Assembly: GCA_963422265.1 (NCBI GenBank)
Contig: OY729416.1
Span: forward strand, 277,681-341,680
Reading direction: 5' to 3'
From: Thermodesulfobacteriota bacterium
Lineage (GTDB): Bacteria; Desulfobacterota_D; UBA1144; Nemesobacterales; UBA2774
Length of the DNA: 64,000 nt
Shown here piece after piece: positions 31,401-40,254 of the stretch. The notes beneath the pieces are model-generated. The model saw only the letters and a program-made list of their open reading frames with translations, made no database searches and was not told where the DNA came from. How positions within the stretch are numbered: position 1 is the first letter of the stretch; each line of letters starts with the position of its first letter. The position numbers and the translations under genes were made by a program.

Positions 31401-34400
31401 GCGTTGAGTATAGTTTCCGTATCCGTGCGATGGCAGGTCGTGTTCCAGGGATGGAGTCGGATGTCGCCAGCGCGACGCCTGTGGCAGACAAGCCTATCGT
31501 TACGGCGACGCCGGGCAACGCTCTGGTGACGTTAAGCTGGAGTAATCCGAATGACGCTTCTATCACCGGGTATCAGATCAAGCAGTGGACTGGCAGTAGC
31601 GAGAGTGGGAGTTGGACTGACATATCGGGGAGTGGGGAGGACACCATCAGCCACGTGGTGAGTGGTCTGACCAACGGCGCCAGGTATGGTTTCCGTATCC
31701 GTGCGATGGTAGGCGCTGTTACAAGGACGCCGTCCGATCCCGTCAGTGCGACGCCTGTGTCGCCGCCTGTCGGACTCACGGCGACGCCGGGAGACTCTCA
31801 GGTGACGTTGACCTGGAATAATCCGAACAATCCCACCATCACCGGGTATCAGCTCAAAAAGTATCGTTTCACGATTGAGACCGGTTTTAACGAGGGTTCT
31901 TGGACTGACATACCAGGGAGTGGAAAGGACACCACCAGCTACGTGGTAACGAGTCTGACCAACGGCGCCAGGTATGGTTTCGAGATTCGTGCGGTGGTAG
32001 GCAGTGTTACAGGAGAGGAGTCCGAGTTCGTGCCCGTCACCCTGAGCAGCATCTTCACCATTACCGGGACGGTGACCCAGGGAGAGACACTGACCGCGGA
32101 TACCAGCACGATCTCCGACCCCGACGGCCCGAAGAGTCTGACGTTCACCTACCAATGGAAGCGCGGCGGGACTGCCATAGGCGGTGCCACCGGCCGCACC
32201 TACGTTCTGACGCAGGCCGACGTCGGGAAGGCTATCACCGTCATCGTGAGCTGGACCAATGCTCGTGGGACATTAAAGTCTCTCACCTCGACTGCGACTG
32301 CGAACGTGGCGAACGTGAATGAATCACCAACCGGGGCCGTTACCATCACCGGCACCGCCACCAGGGGACAGACGTTGACTGCGGATACCAGCACGATCGT
32401 CGACCCGGACGGCCCTGCCCGTCTGACGTTCACCTATCAATGGAATCGCGGCGGGACTGCCATAGGCGGTGCCACCGGCCGCACCTACGTTCTGACGCCG
32501 GCCGACGTCGGGAAGGCCATCAGCGTCACCGTGAGCTGGACCGATGCTGGCAGCACCGCGGAGTCATTCATCTCTGCTGCTACCACGAGTGTAACAAACA
32601 CCAACCAATCACCGACCGGGGCCGTCGCCATCACCGGCACCGCCACCCAGAAGCAGACACTGACCGCGGTTACCAGCACGATCGTCGACCCGGACGGCCC
32701 CAGCAGTCTAACGTTCAGCTACCAGTGGAACCGCGATGGGTCTGCCATCAGCAGTGCCACCGGCAGCACCTACGTGCTGACGCAAGCCGACGTCGGGGCC
32801 AAGATCACCGTCACCGTGAGCTGGACCGATGCTGGCAGCACCGCGGAGTCGTTCAACTCTGCTGCGACGGCGAAGGTGGCGAACGTGAATGACCTGCCGA
32901 CCGGGGCCGTCACCATCACCGGCACCGTCACCCAGAAGCAGACGTTGACCGCGGTGACCAGCACGATCTCCGACCCGGACGGCCCGAGTAATTTGGTTTT
33001 TAGCTATCAATGGAAGCGAGATGGGAATAACATCAGCAGCGCCACCGGCCGCACCTACGTTCTGACGCAGGCTGACGTCGGGAAGGCCATCATCGTCACC
33101 GTGAGCTGGACCGATGCTTATGGGGCATCAGAGTCTCTCACCTCTGCTGCGACAGCGAAGGTGGTGAACGTGAACGACCGGCCGACCGGGGCCGTCACCA
33201 TCACCGGCACCCCCATCCAGGGACAGATACTGACCGCGGACACCTCCGGCATTTCCGACCCGGACGTCCCTGACACTGACAGTCTGACCTTTACCTACCA
33301 GTGGACGCGTGGCCCGGATACTGTCAGCCGCACCAGCACTTACACCCTGACGCAGGCTGACGTCGGGGAGATCATCACCGTAGTCGTGGCTTATCAAGAT
33401 GGTGGGCGTAGGCAGCTTTTCCTTGCTAGAACTCCAAAGGTAGCGAACCTAAACGACGCACCGACCGGGGCCGTTACCATCACCGGCACCCCCACCCAGG
33501 GAGAGACACTGACCGCGGTGACCAGCACGATCTCCGACCCGGATGGCCCGAGTGATTTGGTGTTCAGCTACCAGTGGAAGCGCGATAGGATTGCCATCAG
33601 CAGCGCCACCGGCAGCACCTACACCCTGACGCAAGCCGACGTCGGGAAGGCCATCAGCGTCATTGTGAGCTGGACCGATGCTGGCAGCACCGCGGAGACC
33701 CTCACCTCTGTTGCTACCGCGAGTGTAACCAACATAAACGACTCACCGACCGGCAGCGTCACCATCACCGGCACCGTGACCCAGGGCCAGACACTGACCG
33801 CAGACACCTCCGGCATCTCCGACCCCGACGGCCCCGCCAGTCTGACCTTCAGCTACCAATGGAAACGCGATGGGTCTGACATCAGCAGTGCCACCAGTAG
33901 AACCTACATTCTGACGCAAGCCGACGTCGGGAAGGCCATCAGCGTCACCGTCAGCTGGACCGATGCCGGCAGCATCGTGGAGACCCTCACCTCTGCTGCG
34001 ACAGCGAACGTAGCGAACCTAAACGACTCGCCGACCGGTAGCGTCACCATCAGCGGCACGGTGACCCAGGGCCAGACCCTGACCGCAGTGACCAGCACGA
34101 TCGTCGACCCGGACGGCCCGGCCAGTCTGACCTTCAGCTACCAATGGAAACGCGATAGCACTGACATCAGCAGTGCCACCAGTAGAACCTACATTCTGAC
34201 GCAAGCCGACGTCGGGAAGGCCATCACCGTCATCGTGAGTTGGACCGATGCCGGCAGCATCGTGGAGACCCTTACCTCGACTGCGACAGCGAAGGTGGCG
34301 AACATGAATGACCCGCCGACCGGGGCTGTCACCATCAGCGGCACCGTGACCCAGGGCCAGACCCTGACCGCGGTGACCAGCACGATCGTCGACCCCGACG

Positions 34401-37400
34401 GCCCCAGCAGTCTAACCTTCACCTACCAATGGAACCGTGGCGGGAATCCCATCAGCAGCGCCACCGGCAGCACCTACACCCTGACACAAGCCGACGTCGG
34501 TAAGGCCATCAGCGTCATTGTGAGCTGGACCGATGCTGGCAGCACCGCGGAGACCCTCACCTCGGCGGCGACAGCGAACGTAACCAACGCGAACGATCCG
34601 CCGACCGGGGCTGTCACCATCAGCGGCACCGTGACCCAGGGCCAGACACTGACCGCAGACACCTCCGGCATCTCCGACCCCGACGGCCCCAGCAATCTGA
34701 CGTTCACCTACCAATGGAAGCGCGATGGGTCTGACATCAGCAGTGCCACCAGTAGAACCTACATTCTGACGCAAGCCGACGTCGGGAAGGCTATCACCGT
34801 CATCGTGAGTTGGACCGATGCCGGCAGCATCGTGGAGACCCTCACCTCTGCTGCGACAGCGAACGTAGCGAACCTAAACGACTCGCCGACCGGTAGCGTC
34901 ACCATCAGCGGCACGGTGACCCAGGGCCAGACCCTGACCGCAGTGACCAGCACGATCGTCGACCCGGACGGCCCGGCCAGTCTGACCTTCAGCTACCAAT
35001 GGAAACGCGATAGCACTGACATCAGCAGTGCCACCAGTAGAACCTACATTCTGACGCAAGCCGACGTCGGGAAGGCTATCACCGTCATCGTGAGTTGGAC
35101 CGATGCCGGCAGCATCGTGGAGACCCTTACCTCGACTGCGACAGCGAAGGTGGCGAACATGAATGACCCGCCGACCGGGGCTGTCACCATCAGCGGCACC
35201 GTGACCCAGGGCCAGACCCTGACCGCGGTGACCAGCACGATCGTCGACCCCGACGGCCCCAGCAGTCTAACCTTCACCTACCAATGGAACCGTGGCGGGA
35301 ATCCCATCAGCAGCGCCACCGGCAGCACCTACACCCTGACACAAGCCGACGTCGGTAAGGCCATCAGCGTCACCGTGAGTTGGACCGATGCCGGCAGCAT
35401 CGTGGAGACCCTCACCTCGGCGGCGACAGCGAACGTAACCAACGCGAACGATCCGCCGACCGGGGCGGTCACCATCACCGGCACCGTGACCCAGGGCCAG
35501 ACACTGACCGCGGATACCAGCACGATAGTTGACCCGGACGGCCCGGCCAGTCTGACCTTCAGCTACCAATGGAAACGCGATAGCACTGACATCAGCAGTG
35601 CCACCAGTAGAACCTACATTCTGACGCAAGCCGACGTCGGGAAGGCTATCACCGTCATCGTGAGTTGGACCGATGCCGGCAGCATCGTGGAGACCCTCAC
35701 CTCTGCTGCGACAGCGAACGTAGCGAACCTAAACGACTCGCCGACCGGTAGCGTCACCATCAGCGGCACGGTGACCCAGGGCCAGACCCTGACCGCAGTG
35801 ACCAGCACGATCGTCGACCCGGACGGCCCGGCCAGTCTGACCTTCAGCTACCAATGGAAACGCGATAGCACTGACATCAGCAGTGCCACCAGTAGAACCT
35901 ACATTCTGACGCAAGCCGACGTCGGGAAGGCTATCACCGTCATCGTGAGTTGGACCGATGCCGGCAGCATCGTGGAGACCCTTACCTCGACTGCGACAGC
36001 GAAGGTGGCGAACATGAATGACCCGCCGACCGGGGCTGTCACCATCAGCGGCACCGTGACCCAGGGCCAGACCCTGACCGCGGTGACCAGCACGATCGTC
36101 GACCCCGACGGCCCCAGCAGTCTAACCTTCACCTACCAATGGAACCGTGGCGGGAATCCCATCAGCAGCGCCACCGGCAGCACCTACACCCTGACACAAG
36201 CCGACGTCGGTAAGGCCATCAGCGTCACCGTGAGTTGGACCGATGCCGGCAGCATCGTGGAGACCCTCACCTCGGCGGCGACAGCGAACGTAACCAACGC
36301 GAACGATCCGCCGACCGGGGCGGTCACCATCACCGGCACCGTGACCCAGGGCCAGACACTGACCGCGGATACCAGCACGATAGTTGACCCGGACGGCCCG
36401 GCCAGTCTGACCTTCAGCTACCAATGGAAACGCGATAGCACTGACATCAGCAGTGCCACCAGTAGAACCTACATTCTGACGCAAGCCGACGTCGGGAAGG
36501 CTATCACCGTCATCGTGAGTTGGACCGATGCCGGCAGCATCGTGGAGACCCTTACCTCGACTGCGACAGCGAAGGTGGCGAACATGAATGACCCGCCGAC
36601 CGGGGCTGTCACCATCAGCGGCACCGTGACCCAGGGCCAGACCCTGACCGCAGACACCTCCGGCATCTCCGACCCCGACGGCCCCAGCAATCTGACGTTC
36701 ACCTACCAATGGAACCGTGGCGGGAATCCCATCAGCAGCGCCACCGGCAGCACCTACACCCTGACACAAGCCGACGTCGGTAAGGCCATCAGCGTCACCG
36801 TGAGTTGGACCGATGCCGGCAGCATCGTGGAGACCCTCACCTCGGCGGCGACAGCGAACGTAACCAACGCGAACGATCCGCCGACCGGGGCGGTCACCAT
36901 CACCGGCACCGTGACCCAGGGCCAGACACTGACCGCGGATACCAGCACGATAGTTGACCCGGACGGCCCGGCCAGTCTGACCTTCAGCTACCAATGGAAA
37001 CGCGATAGCACTGACATCAGCAGTGCCACCAGTAGAACCTACATTCTGACGCAAGCCGACGTCGGGGCGGCCATCAGCGTCGCCGTCAGCTGGACCGATG
37101 CCGGCAGCATCGTGGAGACCCTCACCTCTGATGCGACAGCGAACGTAGCGAACCTAAACGACTCGCCGACCGGTAGCGTCACCATCAGCGGCACGGTGAC
37201 CCAGGGCCAGACCCTGACCGCAGTGACCAGCACGATCGTCGACCCGGACGGCCCGGCCAGTCTGACCTTCAGCTACCAATGGAAACGCGATAGCACTGAC
37301 ATCAGCAGTGCCACCAGTAGAACCTACATTCTGACGCAAGCCGACGTCGGGGCGGCCATCAGCGTCGCCGTCAGCTGGACCGATGCCGGCAGCATCGTGG

Positions 37401-39310
37401 AGACCCTTACCTCGACTGCGACAGCGAAGGTGGCGAACATGAATGACCCGCCGACCGGGGCTGTCACCATCAGCGGCACCGTGACCCAGGGCCAGACCCT
37501 GACCGCGGTGACCAGCACGATCGTCGACCCCGACGGCCCCAGCAGTCTAACCTTCACCTACCAATGGAACCGTGGCGGGAATCCCATCAGCAGCGCCACC
37601 GGCAGCACCTACACCCTGACACAAGCCGACGTCGGTAAGGCCATCAGCGTCACCGTGAGTTGGACCGATGCCGGCAGCATCGTGGAGACCCTCACCTCGG
37701 CGGCGACAGCGAACGTAACCAACGCGAACGATCCGCCGACCGGGGCGGTCACCATCACCGGCACCGTGACCCAGGGCCAGACACTGACCGCAGACACCTC
37801 CGGCATCTCCGACCCCGACGGCCCCAGCAATCTGACGTTCACCTACCAATGGAAGCGCGATGGGTCTGACATCAGCAGTGCCACCAGTAGAACCTACGTT
37901 CTGACGCAGGCCGACGTCGGGAAGGCCATCAGCGTCATTGTGAGCTGGACCGATGCTGGCAGCACCGCGGAGACCCTCACCTCTGCTGCGACAGCGAACG
38001 TAACCAACGCGAACGATCCGCCGACCGGGGCTGTCACCATCACCGGCACCGTGACCCAGGGCCAGACACTGACCGCGGATACCAGCACGATAGTTGACCC
38101 CGACGGCCCCGCCAATCTGACGTTCACCTACCAATGGAAGCGCGATGGGTCTGACATCAGCAGTGCCACCAGTAGAACCTACGTTCTGACGCAGGCCGAC
38201 GTCGGGAAGGCCATCAGCGTCATTGTGAGCTGGACCGATGCTGGCAGCACCGTGGAGACCCTCACCTCTGCTGCGACAGCGAACGTAACCAACGCGAACG
38301 ATCCGCCGACCGGCAGCGTCACCATCAGCGGCACCGTGACCCAGGGCCAGACCCTGACCGCGGATACCAGCACGATAGTTGACCCCGACGGCCCCGCCAG
38401 TCTGACGTTCACCTACCAATGGAAGCGCGATGGGTCTGACATCAGCAGTGCCACCAGTAGAACCTACATTCTGACGCAAGCCGACGTCGGGAAGGCTATC
38501 ACCGTCATCGTGAGCTGGACCGATGCCGGCAGCATCGTGGAGACCCTTACCTCGGCGGCGACAGCGAAGGTGGTGAACGTGAACGACCCGCCGACCGGCA
38601 GCGTCACCATCACCGGCACCGTGACCCAGGGCCAGACACTGACCGCGGATACCAGCACGATAGTTGACCCCGACGGCCCCGCCAGTCTGACGTTCACCTA
38701 CCAATGGAAGCGCGATGGGTCTGACATCAGCAGTGCCACCAGTAGAACCTACGTTCTGACGCAGGCCGACGTCGGGAAGGCCATCAGCGTCATTGTGAGC
38801 TGGACCGATGCTGGCAGCACCGTGGAGACCCTCACCTCTGCTGCGACAGCGAACGTAACCAACGCGAACGATCCGCCGACCGGCAGCGTCACCATCAGCG
38901 GCACCGTGACCCAGGGCCAGACCCTGACCGCGGATACCAGCACGATAGTTGACCCCGACGGCCCCGCCAATCTGACGTTCACCTACCAATGGAAGCGCGA
39001 TGGGTCTGACATCAGCAGTGCCACCAGTAGAACCTACGTTCTGACGCAGGCCGACGTCGGGAAGGCCATCAGCGTCATTGTGAGCTGGACCGATGCTGGC
39101 AGCACCGTGGAGACCCTCACCTCTGCTGCGACAGCGAACGTAACCAACGCGAACGATCCGCCGACCGGCAGCGTCACCATCAGCGGCACCGTGACCCAGG
39201 GCCAGACCCTGACCGCGGATACCAGCACGATAGTTGACCCCGACGGCCCCGCCAGTCTGACGACCTACCAATGGAAGCGCGATGGGTCTGACATCAGCTG
39301 CCACCAGTAG
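28496..39310 (+). CDS. Giant repetitive surface adhesin-like protein, main 3604-aa ORF: beta-sandwich domains, 11 fibronectin type III domains, then about 25 tandem 95-aa repeats
   Basis: Continuous 10.8-kb ORF. FN3 consensus P..L.A..GD.QVTLSW..PND..ITGYQIKQW......W.DI.GS...TTS..V.GLTNGV.YSFRIRAV. 95-aa unit PTGAVTITGTVTQGQTLTADTS.I.DPDGP..LTF.YQWKR.G..ISSAT..TY.LTQADVGK.I.V.VSWTD.GS..E.L.S.AT..V.N.ND. Confidence 0.8.
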   Translation: MKLNGAPNADVTVTVRNNFPDEITVSPASLTFTTSDWNTPQRVTVTVLDNQVDNGDQRTILVWHLPTGGGYGSQQNTNITVQYNDNDTAGVTVTETGDSTATTEAGGTDTFTVVLNTEPLEGVRIAVSSSDISEGTVDKSSLTFTAANWDTVQTVTVTGQDDSLVDGDRAYNIVLAKVVSTDTNYHGIDPADVSVTNTDDDAGVTLSKSSVTVTEASGNSNTNTYTVVLDAQPSGTVTVTLTSGDTSVARVSPASLTFTTSDWNTAQQVTVTGVDDSTDEDRSTTITHTISGGGYGSVSIADVAVTLTDDDTARVTPPSKPTGLEAVGGDSQVTLTWNNPNNAAITGYQIRQRSYVNGAWTKFPKFSNIIPGSDASTTSHVVSGLTNGVRYSFQIREMVGKKGGKPSEAKATPAAPPPPKPSKPTGLRTVAGNNQATLIWNNPNNAAITKYQYKQWNSSSTESGAKWADIPGSDANTTSYVVSGLTNTSVIYRFRIRAVAGPSVGLQSSSAGAIIAVPPAAPVVTATPGDAQVRLSWSGSIGYYITRYQIKQWTGSSEPANGWKDIPGSRSSTTSHVVRGLTSGVSYSFRIRAVATCSFNSGRFIASDCSVAGTPSTPVSPTLVPGKPVVAPMPGDAQVTLSWSNPNDVAITKYQIKQWTGSSESGSWTDISGSGSSTTSHVVSGLTSGVRYSFRIRAVAGTNVAGTPSDPVRAVLLDKPVVSASAGDTLVTLSWSDPNDDSITRYQIKQWTGSSERGRWTDISGSGSSTTSLVVGRLTNGVRYSFRIRAMVGLFPGVESASVSSTPVPGKPAVTATPGTAQVTLSWSNPNDASIARYQIKQWTGSSESGSWTDISGSGEDTTSHVVRGLTNGVEYSFRIRAVTGTNASGTPSDPVSETPAVQPDKPAVTAAPAGDSLVRLSWSNPNDASITGYQIKRWTGSSESGSWTDISGSGKDTITYTVPGLTNGVEYSFRIRAMAGRVPGMESDVASATPVADKPIVTATPGNALVTLSWSNPNDASITGYQIKQWTGSSESGSWTDISGSGEDTISHVVSGLTNGARYGFRIRAMVGAVTRTPSDPVSATPVSPPVGLTATPGDSQVTLTWNNPNNPTITGYQLKKYRFTIETGFNEGSWTDIPGSGKDTTSYVVTSLTNGARYGFEIRAVVGSVTGEESEFVPVTLSSIFTITGTVTQGETLTADTSTISDPDGPKSLTFTYQWKRGGTAIGGATGRTYVLTQADVGKAITVIVSWTNARGTLKSLTSTATANVANVNESPTGAVTITGTATRGQTLTADTSTIVDPDGPARLTFTYQWNRGGTAIGGATGRTYVLTPADVGKAISVTVSWTDAGSTAESFISAATTSVTNTNQSPTGAVAITGTATQKQTLTAVTSTIVDPDGPSSLTFSYQWNRDGSAISSATGSTYVLTQADVGAKITVTVSWTDAGSTAESFNSAATAKVANVNDLPTGAVTITGTVTQKQTLTAVTSTISDPDGPSNLVFSYQWKRDGNNISSATGRTYVLTQADVGKAIIVTVSWTDAYGASESLTSAATAKVVNVNDRPTGAVTITGTPIQGQILTADTSGISDPDVPDTDSLTFTYQWTRGPDTVSRTSTYTLTQADVGEIITVVVAYQDGGRRQLFLARTPKVANLNDAPTGAVTITGTPTQGETLTAVTSTISDPDGPSDLVFSYQWKRDRIAISSATGSTYTLTQADVGKAISVIVSWTDAGSTAETLTSVATASVTNINDSPTGSVTITGTVTQGQTLTADTSGISDPDGPASLTFSYQWKRDGSDISSATSRTYILTQADVGKAISVTVSWTDAGSIVETLTSAATANVANLNDSPTGSVTISGTVTQGQTLTAVTSTIVDPDGPASLTFSYQWKRDSTDISSATSRTYILTQADVGKAITVIVSWTDAGSIVETLTSTATAKVANMNDPPTGAVTISGTVTQGQTLTAVTSTIVDPDGPSSLTFTYQWNRGGNPISSATGSTYTLTQADVGKAISVIVSWTDAGSTAETLTSAATANVTNANDPPTGAVTISGTVTQGQTLTADTSGISDPDGPSNLTFTYQWKRDGSDISSATSRTYILTQADVGKAITVIVSWTDAGSIVETLTSAATANVANLNDSPTGSVTISGTVTQGQTLTAVTSTIVDPDGPASLTFSYQWKRDSTDISSATSRTYILTQADVGKAITVIVSWTDAGSIVETLTSTATAKVANMNDPPTGAVTISGTVTQGQTLTAVTSTIVDPDGPSSLTFTYQWNRGGNPISSATGSTYTLTQADVGKAISVTVSWTDAGSIVETLTSAATANVTNANDPPTGAVTITGTVTQGQTLTADTSTIVDPDGPASLTFSYQWKRDSTDISSATSRTYILTQADVGKAITVIVSWTDAGSIVETLTSAATANVANLNDSPTGSVTISGTVTQGQTLTAVTSTIVDPDGPASLTFSYQWKRDSTDISSATSRTYILTQADVGKAITVIVSWTDAGSIVETLTSTATAKVANMNDPPTGAVTISGTVTQGQTLTAVTSTIVDPDGPSSLTFTYQWNRGGNPISSATGSTYTLTQADVGKAISVTVSWTDAGSIVETLTSAATANVTNANDPPTGAVTITGTVTQGQTLTADTSTIVDPDGPASLTFSYQWKRDSTDISSATSRTYILTQADVGKAITVIVSWTDAGSIVETLTSTATAKVANMNDPPTGAVTISGTVTQGQTLTADTSGISDPDGPSNLTFTYQWNRGGNPISSATGSTYTLTQADVGKAISVTVSWTDAGSIVETLTSAATANVTNANDPPTGAVTITGTVTQGQTLTADTSTIVDPDGPASLTFSYQWKRDSTDISSATSRTYILTQADVGAAISVAVSWTDAGSIVETLTSDATANVANLNDSPTGSVTISGTVTQGQTLTAVTSTIVDPDGPASLTFSYQWKRDSTDISSATSRTYILTQADVGAAISVAVSWTDAGSIVETLTSTATAKVANMNDPPTGAVTISGTVTQGQTLTAVTSTIVDPDGPSSLTFTYQWNRGGNPISSATGSTYTLTQADVGKAISVTVSWTDAGSIVETLTSAATANVTNANDPPTGAVTITGTVTQGQTLTADTSGISDPDGPSNLTFTYQWKRDGSDISSATSRTYVLTQADVGKAISVIVSWTDAGSTAETLTSAATANVTNANDPPTGAVTITGTVTQGQTLTADTSTIVDPDGPANLTFTYQWKRDGSDISSATSRTYVLTQADVGKAISVIVSWTDAGSTVETLTSAATANVTNANDPPTGSVTISGTVTQGQTLTADTSTIVDPDGPASLTFTYQWKRDGSDISSATSRTYILTQADVGKAITVIVSWTDAGSIVETLTSAATAKVVNVNDPPTGSVTITGTVTQGQTLTADTSTIVDPDGPASLTFTYQWKRDGSDISSATSRTYVLTQADVGKAISVIVSWTDAGSTVETLTSAATANVTNANDPPTGSVTISGTVTQGQTLTADTSTIVDPDGPANLTFTYQWKRDGSDISSATSRTYVLTQADVGKAISVIVSWTDAGSTVETLTSAATANVTNANDPPTGSVTISGTVTQGQTLTADTSTIVDPDGPASLTTYQWKRDGSDISCHQ
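29440..32040 (+). repeat. Array of 11 FN3-domain-coding repeats, about 270-290 bp each, moderately diverged
   Basis: Periodic protein motif in the 28496..39310 ORF. Confidence 0.75.
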
Positions 39311-40140
39311 AACCTACATTCTGACGCAAGCCGACGTCGGGAAGGCTATCACCGTCATCGTGAGCCGCATCGTGGAGACCCTTACCTCGGCGGCGACCGA
39401 AGGTGGTGAACGGAACGACCCGCGACCGGCAGCGTCACCATCACCGGGTGACCCAGGGCCAGACACTGACGGATACCAGCACGATAGTTGACCCCGACGG
39501 CCCCGCCAGTCTGACGTTCACCTACCAATGGAAGCGCGATGGGTCTGACATCAGCAGTGCCACCAGTAGAACCTACGTTCTGACGCAGGCCGACGTCGGG
39601 AAGGCCATCAGCGTCATTGTGAGCTGGACCGATGCTGGCAGCACCGCGGAGACCCTCACCTCTGCTGCGACAGCGAACGTAACCAACGCGAACGATCCGC
39701 CGACCGGGGCTGTCACCATCACCGGCACCGTGACCCAGCAATCTGACGTTCAGCTACCAATGGAAGCGCGATGGGTCTGACATCAGCAGTGCCACCAGTA
39801 GAACCTACGTTCTGACGCAGGCCGACGTCGGGAAGGCCATCAGCGTCATTGTGAGCTGGACCGATGACCGCGGAGACCCTCACCTCTGATGCGACAGCGA
39901 ACGTAACCAACGCGATCCGCCGACCGGGGCGGTCACCATCACCGGCACCGTGACCCAGGGCCAGACACTGACACCTCCGGCATCTCCGACCCCGACGGCC
40001 CCAGCAATCTGACGTTCAGCTACCAATGGAAGCGCGATGGGTCTGACATCAGCAGTGCCACCAGTAGAACCTACGTTCTGACGCAGGCCGACGTCGGGAA
40101 GGCCATCACCGTCACCGTCAGCTGGACCGACAGCGGCGGT
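32040..40140 (+). repeat. Tandem 285-bp (95-aa) repeat array A, about 28 units including 855-bp higher-order repeats that are near-identical at the DNA level
   Basis: Antisense ORFs recur at exact 285- and 855-bp spacing (e.g. 33904, 34759, 35614). Long stretches (33961-34250 versus 34816-35105) are identical. Confidence 0.85.
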
Positions 40141-40254
40141 ACCGCGGAGACCCTCACCTCTGCGGCTACTTCGGTCGCCGGCGTCACGTTATCCACGAGA
40201 GCGGTCACCGTCACCGAAGCCAGTGGCAGCAGTAATACCAACACCTACACCGTA
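39230..40254 (+). pseudogene. Degenerate or collapsed segment of repeat array A: several short ORFs in different frames. Relative to neighbouring copies it differs by many 1-17 nt deletions and almost no substitutions.
   Basis: E.g. cagacactgacacctccggc versus canonical cagacactgaccgcagacacctccggc; tgagccgcatcgtggagaccc versus tgagctggaccgatgccggcagcatcgtggagaccc. Confidence 0.5.
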
